From: Podospora anserina
Taxonomy: Eukaryota
Direction: 5' to 3'
Length of the DNA stretch: 64,000 nucleotides
Assembly (NCBI GenBank): GCA_017654855.1
Contig: CM030333.1
Coordinates: 1,736,001 to 1,800,000, forward strand
The first letter of the stretch is position 1, and every line of letters starts with the position of its first letter. The position numbers and the translations under genes are program-made. Below, one piece after another: positions 35,083 to 49,073 of this stretch. The notes below the pieces were generated by a model. That model saw only the letters and a list, made by a program, of their open reading frames with translations. It was not told the origin of the DNA and ran no database searches.

Positions 35083-36042
35083 TCACTTCTTAGCATCAGC
35101 CTTCATCCCCGCCTGCACCCAAGCCTTGCTCTTCTCCGCCTCCTTCTCCAGCTCCTCCTCACTCTTATTCTTCATATCAAAAGCCGTATGCGGACTCGGC
35201 ACATGCCTCCCCTTCTCCACCCCGGGCCTCTCCAACAACCTATGCAGCCACGCCTCCAGCTTGGGAAACTCATCCAGACTCACCCCAGCCCAGTGATGAG
35301 CAGCCACCCACCCCCAACAAGCAAAATCCGCAATCGTAGCCCGATCCCCCACCAAATAATCCCCCTTCTCAAGCTGCCTCTCCATCACCGAATACAGCCG
35401 TCTCGTCTCATTCTGATACCGATCAATCCCGTACTGGATCTTCTCGGGTGCATACCGGAAGAAGTGGTTTGCCTGGCCTTGCATAGGCCCTGTCATCAAA
35501 CACCATTAGCATCAACTCATCCATCTCCTTCTTCTCACTGTCATATAACTCACCCAGCCCCCCCATCTGCCAATGCAGCCAATTATTCACCTCATACCCC
35601 TCCTTACTCCCCCTCGGGTACGAAACCTTGTGCTCGGTATCATACCTATCCACCAAATACTGCATGATACTCCCGCTCTCAAAAAGGTTAATCGGCGTGC
35701 CATCCGGGAGGGTGTCCGTCAGGGCAGGAATCCGCCCATTGGGGTTGATTTCCAAGAACCAAGGCTCCTATCGCTTCCACATCAACATCACATTTACCCT
35801 ACCTTATGTGAGCGGAGGGGGGAACATACCTTCTGCTCATTCTTACTAAAAGAAATGGGCGTCACCTTGTAAGGCAACCCAAGTTCTTCGAGAAGGATGG
35901 ACACCTTGATTCCGTTGGGTGTACCAACAGTGTAAAGGTGGATGTTGCTGTTGTTCGACGCCATCTTGGATGTAAAGTTCCGTAAGAAAGTTTTGGGATG
36001 AGTCTTGGTCAAGTGGGAGGCGAGCTGGGAAATGCGCTGCAT
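35083..36042 (-). CDS. Glutathione S-transferase (Ure2/GstA-like, TPNG type); two introns; alternative starts at 36042 and 35964
   Basis: [64 protein letters not shown]. Confidence 0.93.
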
Positions 36043-37404
36043 TGATGGGGAGGGGTCAGTCATTTTCTTTACAACAGCAGCAGTTCTCTTATATATACAC
36101 GGAAGTATATTGTGGGATTGTGCAACGCAAGGTAGGTATGATGAGAAGGGATGATGTGGGCACTGGTGTAACACTCACTAAAGCTCAGTTTAGAAATCCA
36201 CTGCTCCTATTTTACAAATCAAGCCGCAGTTAACTGAAGCTCGGTTCGGGAGTATGCTACCGAGGATTAGTTTCAAATGATGTATGTACTCTCCAAAATA
36301 GAAAGAGAGGGGAAGAATTTGAGTGGGGGTTGTTGAACAAGATGATGGGGTTTATTAATCCTCTCATCAACACTTTCACGAAGATGCTACAAATAGGCGA
36401 TGCCAGTCCGCTAGTCAATGATGACGAATCGACCCTCTCAGAAGCCGGATCGACAATTGCGCCGTCTGCCGTACCATCGATCTCATGAAAGAAATGGAAC
36501 AGGCTGGTGGGTGACTAGAGAGGTTGAGAGGTTCGATTTGTAATGCCCCACCTACATCGGGAACAAGTGTTGCGGGGAAGACGCTTGTCGAATGTCAACG
36601 ACTCGCTCTCCATGAAAGGGAAAATAAAGGCGCGGTAAACATTCAGCATTCCGAGAATCCGCTGTTCATAGTGGCTTGTTGGCTGAACTGTATAAAGCTT
36701 CTCGATGCTATCTCAACGACAGCCTACCTGGTTGTGTCTCGGTAAAGTTGACTGCCGAGGCTGACATGCCTATCAATTTAATGTCCAGTGACATCATCCA
36801 CAAAACAATTCATTGTAGACCCGAGTCTGAGCAACGCTGCAACGCTGGCTTTCGAGCTGGTCATTATATCTCAACGCACGTCGCAACCTCTGTCAGTATC
36901 AAGCATATATACCTCAATTGTGTTCCAGGAAGCCTCTACTCCCCATCAAACCTACAACCAACAACTCTGTTCACCCGCCACCAAACTCTACCTTCTTTTT
37001 CAACTTTTCTCTCTCCAACCGACCCCCATCTTGCCCCCTCGGGCCAGAAAAGAAGAAACCCCCGAATCATGCCCATAATTCGTGGGGTCTTAAAAATAGA
37101 AATACTAAAAAACTTGTAGCCGACGAGATCTCCCCAGCTCTGACAACTGTATACTGTTTGTACTCCAGCCCGCCGGCCCTCTTTGCTGCCGGCCCAATAT
37201 AGTAAAGACAATGATTCATGGTATCATTCATAACACAACGCCCCGTCGCCGCCTGCCTGCCTGCCATATGCCCCTGGCCCACCCACCAAATCCATCCAAG
37301 GGCTCCCATCCAAACCAGAAGCAAAAAGGTGGTCCTTCTCAACATCATATACACACAGAAGAAAAGAAACATCAAAAAAGGAAATGGGATCATTATGACG
37401 CTCT

Positions 37405-40400
37405 TTAATAGTCGGTTGCCCGGTCCTTGACAAGCTTCTTCGTCGACTTGGCCGTACCGATATGGGTGTTGTGCACCTGAGCCATGTTAGTGATTGTCGT
37501 AAACCCTTTTTGAGAGATGTGGTACTAACCTTGGTGGCGAACCGCAAACTCGTGATTGTCTCCTTCAGATGGGCCTCTAGTGGGCTGACCATAACAAACA
37601 TGAGCGTCTTGGAGTTCCCGCTGAGCGAGTACTGCAAGAGATGCGTCAACTTGGAGTTGCGGTATGGGACGTGGCCTGACCCGCGTCCCAGAGCCTCGAT
37701 AACATCGCCGAGGCATGCCAAGCTCTTGTTGATGTTCTGCGTTTCCCTCATGCGCTCGCCCTCGGCTTGAGAATGCTTCAAACGTTCAGAACCAGCAAGA
37801 TCCACCAGGTTGAGAGTGCCTTCGCAACGCTCGTTGGTGGCCGAGTTCTCACCCACCAGCTTCAGAATGAAGACGGAATGCGAGCGCGAAGATCTCTCGT
37901 TTGCCTTGGTAGCGGCAACGCTGCGGTTGTTCTGGGCTTGCTTGAGCATCATCTCGACCTTATCGGGTAAGTCAAGCGCCACTGTCTTGCAGTTGAGAAC
38001 TGTAGTCTGCTTGCGGCTGTCGTCGTGGCGGATTTCGAGTCTCTTCTTTCCATCCGACTCTCTGCCAGGCGTGAGCAGATCGTGGAGCTCTTCGTTGTAC
38101 ACTTCGACAAAACTACCCTCCATCGTATATGTCCATGACTTCTCCTTCAACTTCGTAATCGTCTCGTAAATCATGTGGGTGGCTCTGGGAATCATGCCAT
38201 CGGGCGAGGACATGGTATAGGTCTTGCCGGATCCTGTTTGACCGTAGCAGAAGATGCAGACATTGTAGCCGTCAAGAGCGCTCTGCACGAGCTGCGAAAT
38301 TTCTCCAAAGATCTCCTCGTTGTGGACCGCTGGGGAAAACACACGATCAAACTCGAATGGGACTACCTTTCGGCTCACCATGCCCATGCTGTTCTTCTCT
38401 TCTTGGGTGACGTCGATCTGAGCCGATGTCTTCTCGTCAGGGAAGCCGATTTGAGCTGGGTTGCCTTCCGAATTCCCAAGCACGGGGCGTACTCTGCACA
38501 TCACACGGATGTTGCCCTTTAGCTCTTGATACTTGTTGAACAGAACCCGGCGCTCCGTCTCCTCCTTGATTAACTTCTCGCGAGCTTCCTCAGCGACCCG
38601 CAAAGCATCCTGCAGCCGGGCCTCCATATGAGCAAACGAGTCTGATTGTTGCTTGCTGTCGGATTCCAGGAATTCGATCTTGGCATTAAGGCCTCGTAAC
38701 CGGTCCTCCAAAGTCATATTTGTCGTCGACATCTCGGTCAGTTTCTGCTGAAGGTTACCCTTGACCGTCTGTTCCCGGTCCAAGTCCAGCTTAAGGCCTT
38801 CCATAAGGGACCGTAATTCCTGGATCTGGCGGTCTTTTCGGAGGACTTCCAGATTCATGTCCTCCTGTTTTGACCCCAACTTGGCCCGTAGCTCCTCCAG
38901 CTCCTTTGAGTTTTGGGCCTGTCGGTCCTTCATTTCCGCTCGGTATTGTCTCTCCATTGCCTCCAAAGCCTGTTGGTGTTCCCACTTCATCTGTTCGACC
39001 TCGGCCTTGAACCCTCGCTTGATTTCTTCGACGTCGTGTTGATGCTCTCGTGACTTGTCCTGGAGTTCGTATTTGTGCTTTTGCCGCTCGCTCTCGAACT
39101 GTAGGATTAATGACTGCTTTTCTTGCTGCATGGAGAGGTTGTCATGTTGCAAAGAGCTGATCTGTCCCTGTAGTTGTGCAGTTTGGTCCATCAACCGTTG
39201 TTGCTCACGTTCAAGATCACTCGCTAGAACAGCACGTTAGTCCCCAACTCTGGATATCACTCCGCCAAACTTACCCCTATTCTTCGCAAACTGAATAGCC
39301 TCCTCGAGGGCTTTTCTGTCGGTAATGGTGGTATCAAAGGCCTCTTTCATCTCTTTGAACTGCGTCTCGAACTCGTGAAGCCGACCGTCTACATCCCAGC
39401 CTGTGAAAGTTTTTAAATGTGAGTCCTTGGTCAAGAATGGTAACTTTTTAGGAGACGGAGATTTGGTAGGAGAACAAGGGGTCTGGGCAATGCTCCTGAC
39501 CGCGGTGCCCAGCTTCTCCAATGCCACACGGCCATTCCGGATCTCTGGCGGGGTGACTGGTACACTAGGGAAATTGGCCTGAGAGTTGGTGGTCCTAAAC
39601 GGGTCCGGACTGGTAGCTCCCCCCCGGCGGTTCTGGAGAGTCGAACTTCGCTGCTCTTGTCCGTCGGGCGGCTGAAACATAAGAGAAAGGGATTGCTCTT
39701 TTGCCTTGGATATCACTTGATTTCCGCTAGCTATGTTGCCGACGTCATCATTGAGCGAGAGGTTGCCCATCCGCTTGCTGAGCGTCAACTCCTCTTTGCT
39801 AGGCATTCGAGCACGGGTTCCGACGGACTGTTCAGAGGCTGTAGATCGTCCTCTTTGAGTCCGCACTTTCTTGGTACGGGGTTGTAAGGAAGCAGAAAAA
39901 TTCCTACTTTTCTTTTGGTCGGCTGGTCCTCCATCTTCTTCCGCTGATCGCCCGCTCATCGCTGTCGCCGGTCGAGATCTCGTGGTTCCTCTGGTGTTCG
40001 ATGGGTTGAAGCCCATGGAGCTGGGTGCTCGGCCTGATATTGGTGGGCGGCTTCCGGCACCCATGGTTCGCGAAAAGCTGTTGGTGCTGGCATGGCGGGA
40101 GGTTCCTGGAAGAGTGGTTGGTGGCCGTGTGGATGTTGCGGTAGCGGGTTGGTGAGTCTACGACAAGTCAGGGTTAGCATCAAGGCCTGTGGCAAGGCAA
40201 GCAAGAAAAATACATGATCAAGTTCAGTGCCAGCCGAGTCGGTCCATGGGTCGCAGTCGTCGGAGGAGCGGCGCAGGTAGGTATCTGAACAGCAGCCCCT
40301 CAGACGCTTCCATGCTGGCGGGTTGGGGCTCTTCTTGTTACTGGTCTCTTTTGGGGCCGACATTGAGCCCAATGACGAGTAGGAATATGGCGTGTGGGAC

Positions 40401-40944
40401 AGTGGGGATAGATTGGGCAATGGGAAGTGGGCTGCAGGGTAGGAGTCGGAGATAACAGTCAACGTACAGATGCAAGAGATGCGATAGATGTGGGTTTGAG
40501 GCCGATGCCCGTCATTCTCGAGACCGAAGGCGTAGCTGCTGGCAGTTGCGATTTGGAGATAGGCTCACCAGCTCTTTCCGCCAGTGTTTTGCGCTTGGCG
40601 TCGCGGTCTGGGACTACAGAAGATCCTTTTCGGTCAGTCAGGGCAAGTGGGTGGCATGGATTGGGCGGTGACGACAACGTACCGGCGCCATTGTATGTGC
40701 GTTTCGACGGGAGGAGGCCCGACGAGTGAGGTCGCGCATTCTGGTCCGAATTGGTGATCTCCTGGAGGTATGCGCTCGGGGCCATCGTGGTCGTGGTGCT
40801 CGTGTGGACTCGAGGGGCGCGAAGGCCGGAGCGGAAGGTCTAGATGTCGCAAAATATCAGTGTCAGGGTCGGGGGTCCGAGGGCAGCATCAAAGATGGAG
40901 AGAAAGACTTCAAAACATACACCGCCGTTCTCTGTAGACTCCAT
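37405..40944 (-). CDS. KAR3: Kinesin-14 C-terminal motor (Kar3/KlpA), multi-exon
   Basis: Coiled-coil stalk, ELKGNIRVMCRVRP, YGQTGSGKT, NERSSRSHS, LVDLAGSER; final exon VHNTHIGTAK...DY*; short first exon MESTENGG. Confidence 0.95.
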
Positions 40945-41884
40945 GTTGGCGTTGGCTCCGTTGCGCATGCGAGGAATAAGAAAATGGACGAGCAGATAGG
41001 ATAGCGATAGGAGCAGTGCTCCAGTTTGAGTTGGGGGGTGCGACACAGTCGTGAACAGAGGCGGGTCTTCCCTGGGACTTGGGACTGGACTGGTGCCTCT
41101 TCTCCTCAACGGGTGTAGCGTAGAAAGACGGATGGTAGAAGCTGTGTTTACTTCACCGGGGCAACGAAACTGCTTACGGGAGCCAATGGGAGGGGTCCGC
41201 TGGGACGACGCCGTGTGGGGTTTTGTGGGGTACATGGTGAACAAAGGAAACGTGGATTGAGCAGGGCCAGCAATCCAGAGACTGGCGAGAGAGTGGCATG
41301 CTTGGACGGATAGGATGAAGAGGTAGAAGATGTCAAGCAGATTCTCTCCCCATTAATTTCTCATCCGATGCGGAGTCCCAGCCAGCTTCTCTTGGAAGAG
41401 CTGCATCTACTAGTTTCCACGGGGCAAGGGGGGCGGTGTGTCAATGTGTGTCCCGGAATACCCCGCTCAAAGGGTTAGGGTGCAGCTTTCTTTCCTGTCC
41501 TCCTGTCCATTCATCTGCCTTGATCTGCTCATCCCGCCGGAATCATTCCAGCCACACCGTCCCCAGTGAGCCAGTGTCTCCAGTGTGCCCTTGTCCCAGA
41601 GTTCTGTAGCGAGACTGGTCTCTACAGCGCACGTGCCACTCGTTCACATGCTCCACTGGACAGGCATGATGTCTTCAAAATATCTGGCCAGTGAAAGCCT
41701 CTGAAATCTATTAATCGTACGTCAGGCCTACATTTGCCTGTATCACACGGATCAACACTTTACGCAACTACTACTGCGGTACATACACTCACGACACCCC
41801 CGTCCTCGTATACATACGGCACTAAAATAATCCCAAGGACCGCAACCGCCCTTGCCGCGCATCGCAACCCCATCCCATCGCATC

Positions 41885-42917
41885 ATGGAGAAGTTCTCCC
41901 AGTTTCGCGACAGAGGTATGTCTCTCCCCCGCCTACCATCCCATCCCCTCTAACCATGTCACACCCTCGCTAACCTTCTCCATCACAGGGTCCGGCATAT
42001 CCCCCTTCATGCCCACCTCCTCCCCCACCTCCATATTCAGCAACCTAACCTCCACCATCCTCTTCCTCATCCGCCTCCCCATCTTCCTCGCTTACACCCT
42101 CCTCTACTTCCTCTTCCTCCACCACTTCCCCCTCCCCGCCGTGGCCCACAAGCTCCTCCTCTGGACCTACCTCTCCATCCCCGGAATCTGGTGGGTAGAC
42201 CTCCAACTCGACGGCGTAAAACGCGGCTCCCTCTCCCAGCAACCCCCCTCCCGCGTCCCCCACCCCGGTTCCCTCATCGCCGCCAATTTCACCTCCCCCG
42301 TCGACGCCCTCTACCTCGCCGCCGTCTTCGACCCCATCTTTGTCGTCTCCTACCCCCACTCCCGAAAAGTCCAACGCATCTCGCTCATCGCAGCAATAAT
42401 CAATGCCTTGTCCCCCGCCCCCTTGTCCCCTCCTCCGGGAAGTAGTCTCACCGACCTGAGGACGATCATCGAGAAGAATCCCAACAGGGTTGTTGCCATC
42501 TTTCCGGAATCGGGCACGACGAATGGAAAGGGGATTCTGCCGTTGAGCCCGGCCTTGTTGACTGTGCCGGCTGAGGCAAAGATCTTCCCTGTCAGTATGA
42601 GGTATACGCCACCTGATATTACGACGCCCGTGCCTGGAACTTGGATCCAGTTTTTGTGGAAGCTGCTGGGGCGGCCGACGCATTATATTAGGGTCAGGAT
42701 TGCGGAGGGGATGGTGAATACCACCAAGGCCGTCAATGGGGTTTCAAGCCAGGAGGAGAGCACGCCCAGTGGGGAGGACGGGGTGACGGTGGAGGAGCAG
42801 AAGCTGCTGGACAATGTCGCGGAGGCCTTGGCTAGGTTAGGGAGGGCGAAGAGGGTGGGCTTGACGTTGAAGGAGAAGGATGCCTTTGTTGAGGCTTGGA
42901 ATAAGAGGAGAAGGTAG
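41885..42917 (+). CDS. LOA1: Lysophosphatidic acid acyltransferase Loa1/Vps66-like; intron ~41916-41988
   Basis: MEKFSQFRDR|GSGISPFMP N-terminus; ANFTSPVDALYL and IFPESGTTNGKGIL acyltransferase motifs. Confidence 0.88.
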
Positions 42918-43320
42918 AGCTGTGGTGAAACAAATGGTCAGGGGTTGGTTTGTGATATGATGTTTTTAATGCGCATTTACAGGCAAGCAGGAAGGAATCA
43001 AGATCGGATATAGAGGTTGGGAAATTTTGGAACATGCATGATCATTAGCATTATACCAGGACGAGAAGATCATGTCCGTGTCGATAATTGGAACCCAATG
43101 TAACAAAAAGTTCATCAAATTCTTGCTTGATTATACTTGTCAACCGCCAACCTGGTATATCTTTTTCCGCACCCAACCACCCAAAAACAGGCAAACAATA
43201 AGCGCCCTTTTCCCATGCCAAAATAAAAACAAGATCAGTATATGTACAAAACAAAAAGTCCCACCCTTAAATTATACCTTTTTCTGCATCCCTTCAAAGT
43301 TCCCGAGCTTCTACGCCCGT

Positions 43321-45194
43321 TCAAGCATCAGTCACACAGCCGTGGCTGGCATCCTTGACCAGCTGGGCGTACTTCCTAAGAGTACCCCTCCTGGCCTTAG
43401 ACTCGGGGGCTCTCCACTGGCTCTTTCTCCTCTCGAGCTCCTCAGCAGGGATCTCGAGGTTGAGCACACGCTGCTCGGCGTCAATGACAATCTTGTCACC
43501 GTCCTGGACAAGGGCAATGGGGCCACCCTCCATGGCCTCGGGCACGATGTGACCGATCAAGAAGCCGTGAGAACCACCGGAGAAGCGCCCATCAGTGATG
43601 AGGGCAACATCCTTGCCAAGGCCAGCGCCCATGATGGCAGAGCTCGGCTTAAGCATCTCAGGCATACCAGGACCACCCTTGGGACCCTCGTAGCGGATGA
43701 CAACGACGGTCTTCTCGCCCTTCTTGATCTCACCGCGCTCGAGAGCCTCAATGAAGCCATCCTCGTAGTCGTAGACCTTGGCGGTACCCTCGAAACGGAG
43801 ACCCTCCTTGCCAGTGATCTTGCCGACACAGCCGCCGGGGGCGAGGGAGCCGCGGAGAATCTGGATGTGACCGGTAGGCTTGATGGGGTCGCTCATGGGG
43901 CGGATGATCTTCTGCTCGGGAGGGAAGTCGGGGTAGGCCTCGACGTTCTCCTTCATGGTCTTGCCGGTGACGGTGACGCCAGAGCCATCAATGATACCTT
44001 CCCTGAGAAGGAACTTGAGGAGGGAGGGGGTACCACCAATCTTGCAGAGATCCTCCATGACGTACTTGCCGGAGGGCTTGAGGTCAGCGAGGAAGGGGAT
44101 TCTGTCGGAAACGGTCTGGAAGTCGTCGATGGTGAGCTTGATGCCAACGGAGTCGGCGATGGCGATGAGATGGAGGACGGCGTTGGTGCTGCCACCAAGA
44201 ACGGTAACGACGGTCATGGCGTTCTCAAAGGCTTGGCGGGTCATGATGTCGCGGGGGCGGATGTCCTCTCTGAGGAGGGTCTTGACAGCCTCACCGACGC
44301 TCTCGCACTCGGCCTTCTTGCTGGGGTCCTCGGCGGGGTTGCTGGAAGAGCCGGGGAGAGTCATACCGAGAGTCTCGATGGCGCTGGCCATGGTGTTGGC
44401 AGTGTACATGCCACCGCAAGCACCACCACCGGGGCAAGCGTTGCGGATGATGTCGAAGCGCTGCTTCTCGTCGATCTCGCCGGAAAGGTACTGGCCGTAG
44501 GCCTGGAAAGCGCTGACAATGTCGATGGGCTCGCCACCAGCACTGCAGCCGGGCTTGATGGTACCACCATACACCATGATACTAGGGCGGTTGACTCTGC
44601 CCATAGCGATCAACACACCGGGCATGTTCTTGTCGCAACCGGGCAGGGAAACGTTGGCGTCGTACCACTGGCCATTCATGACGGTCTCGATACTGTCGGC
44701 AATAATTTCTCTGCTCTGCAAGCTGTAACGCATACCAGTGGTACCCATGCTGATACCGTCGGAGACACCAATAGTGTTGAAGCGCATGGGCACGAGGCCA
44801 GCCTTCTTGATGCTGTCTCTGACGAGACCGGAGAGGTCGAGCAAGTGCATGTTGCAAGGGTTGCCATCGTACCAGACGGACGAAATACCGACCTGAGGCT
44901 TGTTCATGTCGGCCTCAGACATACCAGTAGCGTAAAGCATGGCCTGAGAAGCACCCTGGGACTTGGGCTGGGTGATGGTGGCCGAGACCCTGTTGAGCTT
45001 CTCATCGGTATAGCGGCGGGCAGTGGTAGAAAGAAGGCGGCTAGAGAAGGATAACAGTAAGCTTCTTGATCTCGGCGATAGAAAATGCAGCTCTGAAGCT
45101 TGATAGAGGAGACATACGCCTGGTTTCTCATGGGCAGGGCCCGGCCAGTGGCCAGAGCTCTGGGAGCACCAGCTCTCAGAAGTGAGGGGAGCAT
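43321..45194 (-). CDS. ILV3: Dihydroxy-acid dehydratase, mitochondrial; intron ~45041-45117
   Basis: [56 protein letters not shown]. Confidence 0.97.
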
Positions 45195-46020
45195 GGCTGA
45201 TATGACGATGACTGTGCCAGAGAAGAGAACAAGAAGAAAGAACCAATTGACAGCCCGTGGAGGGTATAGGGACTTAATAGACAGTGAGGACAAGTCAATT
45301 GACCCTTCTCGTTCTTCTGGCTGTGTCGGGTTGGGGAATAAAGATGGAAGTTTTGGGCGAAGTCGGAGCTAAAATTTCCAGATGGCTGCCCGAGTCGTGG
45401 TGCGCTGTGACAGTCACAGGGACGCTGCTACAGGGGTCCCCACAAGAGCTCCCCGCCCTTTTTTTTAGCTGCATGGGAATACGAATACAAGCTTTTTCAT
45501 TGGTCCAGCAGCAGGACAGATGCCAGCAGAGAAGACAGTGAGATGGGGTCATCTTTGTCCCAAGAATGAAGGTCACACTTCGAGACGGGAACCCATCATT
45601 GTTCTTGAGTATTTATGTAGTTGGTGGCTTTTCTGGTTTCCGCTAGGCTAACGTCTTCTGCTTACAAGAAAGCTGTATCAGTACATGTGGATAGCCCGTA
45701 GCTTATTTTGACCTCGGTCTCCAGACTGCTACCGTATGAATTGGGAGGTCAAGGTAATGGGGTTCCAATACATGCTATTGTCTAGCAGTTCAACACCCGG
45801 GTTCCAGAATCCCCACATCAAGCCAAGAGTGCCGGGACAGCCGGGGGGGTATCCGCCATCGGACGGGATGCCGGTGTAGGGCCCGTTGCAAGGTGCTGGC
45901 GGCCGTGTATTCCATGATGGATGGTCATAACACCCCTTTTGCAGCGGTCATAACACTCTCTCCTGCAGGCATCCCCGCCTGCGGCATGCAGCCATACGCC
46001 CTTCGTACAACTAGAACGCC

Positions 46021-46906
46021 TTAATGCTTCCCTTCCTTCGCATCTGCGGACAGCATCGTTCCGTCGTTCTTGACTCTCCGGTGTAGGATCTCGTCAATGA
46101 TACTAAAGTCCTTGGCTTCCTCTGCCGTCAAGTACTTGTCTCTCTCCATCATGTCATTGATTGCCTGCATGTCGTACTTTTCGAAGCCAAAGGACTTGTT
46201 GATGTGGCTCTGTACAATCTTGTTGATCTGGTCTCGCAGCCTTTGTATTTGGTTCGCATAGATGAGGATGTCCGACGCCTGACCTCGTGTCCCTCCCAGC
46301 GGTTGGTGGACCATAATGGAGCTGTGTGGGAGCGCATATCTTTTCCCTGGCTCGCCTCCAATCAGGAGAATAGCCGCCATAGATGCGGCGCCACCAACGC
46401 ACACAGTCGATACCGGGGACTTGATGTAGGTCATGGTGTCGTAAATAGCCAACCCAGAGCTCACTTCGCCGCCAGGTGAGTTGATGTACATCGTAATTGG
46501 CTTGTCGGGGTTGTCCGATTCGAGCCAGAGAAGCTGCGCAACTATCGAGGCTGAAACTGTGTCATCAATGGCTCCGTTGAGGCAGACAATCCGTTCCTGC
46601 AGCAGTTTGGAGAAGATATCGGCTTCGAGAAGGGTCAGCATCGCCGAGTCCTAGAATGCTCATGCAACCCAAGGCTTACATGTTCGCCAGCCGCCAGCCT
46701 GAATAGTTAGTAAGTTTTCCAAAAGACAAATGGATATCAGACAGAAGCGCTCGCCAACGTACTGTTACTTCTGTGATGTATGGCATAGGGATGCCGCCAC
46801 TCGTGGGAGGGATGCCGCCTGGGAATGTGCTGAACTTGGAGGTGCGGCGGCAATGCGAGGCGCCTAACCGCCTGAGCAGGTGAAAAGCTGTTCTTTGAGT
46901 ATTCAT
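46021..46906 (-). CDS. CLPP: Mitochondrial ATP-dependent Clp protease proteolytic subunit; two introns flanking an ~19-nt exon (AGGWRT)
   Basis: DIFSKLLQERIV, YINSPGG, GGAASMA (catalytic Ser), IMVHQP, MERD; presequence MNTQRTAFHLLRRL. Confidence 0.96.
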
Positions 46907-47189
46907 GATAGCGTATCGATATGTGGTAAGCTGGATTGGGAGGTCGCGAGAAAGTAAACAATCCAAATCTAATTGACGGTTGCGATGATGGTGGAGAGAG
47001 AGGGACAGCTCCAAGAAGCTCCCCCAGCTCCGCTGACGTTGACGGCTTGGCAACCGACCTGCCAAGACAGTCGCACGGCACAGGGTGCGCACGGACACAT
47101 CCCGAGTGGGCAGGAGAATTTGGATATCATTGCTCTCACTTACACACTTGCAAGAAACCCTCATCGGACCTCCAAAGAACAATCACAAG

Positions 47190-48519
47190 ATGTTGCAAAG
47201 ATTCGGCAGAGGTCTCTCCAGGCCAGTAGCACTGGAATCCTATACCTCATCATGTGGATCTTTACGAACCTACCGACAACTCCACAACACTACTCGAAGA
47301 GAGGCAGAAGATTCAAGAGACAACGATGAGAAGTCAGCATATGAGCGCTCAGTTGAATCCTTGAACATCGATCCAGAAAATAAAACAGTCACAACCGTCG
47401 TCGGAAACTTACCCCTCTCCCCAATTATGGATCCCGAGTTTCACAAAGCCCGAAATAATTTCACCAAACCAAAGCCAAAGCACGCTGCCCGCCCAAAAGA
47501 CAAGTTCCGCAGGCAACTGGAGAGAAATCCCTATGGTGTGTTGATTCCCAGGCCTCACTTTGCTTCTCGCAGGGCTCTAACAAATTTACACAGCCCGAAT
47601 GCTCGCTGAGCGCGTCAGAACCTGTGATATCACCGGAACACCCCTTCCAAAACCCCTCTTGCAGCGCTTCAAGCTCGGCCAGGATCCAACCACAGAAACA
47701 ACATGGTGGATGCCACAAGATCTTGAGAGTAAAGTTCCAAAAGAAGGAGGGGAGGTCCCGGCCGCTACCGAACTTCCGGGCCCTTCTGCGTATACTCTCA
47801 ACAGCCATTTGTTTCTACAAGAACTCGTCACGCCCAAAGGCATGTATTCCTCGAGTTCCAGCAGACTACTACGTGCAACTGAGAGCGGGACGGGGCGATA
47901 CACATCCGCCTTGAATAATGCTCAATGGCGTAAAGACATGGATACCTATCTGCTGGAAACAATGCGCAAACGTGTTTTTGAAGGTCTCATACATGCCGCT
48001 CATCTGGCTGAGAAGGGTGGATCAGATGGCAGACCACGCAAATATGTTACCAAGCTCAACAGCTGGAACGAAGTGAGCGAGTTGAAGCAGCGGCAATGTG
48101 TCTTGTTTTTCGGGCCTCCAGAAGGCCTTTCCCCTGGCCCCGCGATGGCCTCCGTTCCGTCAGCAATTTCGACCCTGGCTATCAAAGGCTCAAAGTTCGG
48201 CGAGAAGATCGCAGTGCATGACATGCGAGTGGTGCTGGGCAGAGAACACTTGGCCAAGTTAAGACAAGAATCTACATTACTTCAGGACGGATCATTGTAT
48301 ATGTTGAGGGGACAGGCGAGCATGAGACTGAACATGCTGATATGGAAGCTGCAAGAGTATATTGCTGGCTCGGAAGATTCAGTGGGCGAGGTGGACGATG
48401 GGGAGACAGTACCACAACGATCCGAAGATTCCGCGGCCGAACTTGTTCAACCCCAAGAAGAGGACTGGGAGTCGTTACTGGATGACGATCTGGACAGGGC
48501 TGAAGATCTCAGAGACTGA
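47190..48519 (+). CDS. Conserved fungal mitochondrial-type protein, possibly Rrg8-like; intron ~47536-47593
   Basis: Presequence-like MLQRFGRGLSRP; spliced motif LERNPY|ARMLAERVRTCDITGTPLPKPLLQRF; family assignment from memory only. Confidence 0.7.
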
Positions 48520-49073
48520 GCCGAGGCATGGTAACAGGCGGAGTCTCATCTTTATCACAATAAAGGAGAGAAATTGGCTACACCTCACCGCTAGAGTCAG
48601 AAATCTTGCTATAATCTCACAGGGATGAAATGGTGGGATTGAAGGGGCTGGTGATTACGCAGAAACGTGTGGGTTGTGACGAATGCCAAACTCGGGCTCA
48701 AGACGAAATCCCGCCATGGAGGACCATTTTCAGAGCAGACCGAAGCAATGACGGCACGGACGGCACTCCACGGGCAATCGTGATCTTCCGCCTCGGTGAA
48801 ATGGCAGGGTTGGCAAGCTGGTTAATCCAATCAGAAGGCAATGAATCTTACAGCCTCGCGCATTGTTGCACGGGCAAGGTCTTGACCGCATTACCTGGGT
48901 AAAATAACTGCTGCAGGCCACTCCTGATATGGATGGGACTTTGCAAATCGTCAACGCTGTTGCCATGGGGCGTGGGGGTCAAAGGTGACAGTTGACTTTA
49001 GACCGCGAAGGGTCCTCCTGGTGGCGCATAGTGCACTTCTTGATGCGTTTTTCTTGTTCAACAAACTATCACT

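Noticed and set aside
43072-45054. 660-aa antisense ORF over ILV3
   Set aside because: Codon-registered mirror of a strongly biased, highly expressed gene; no recognisable domain.
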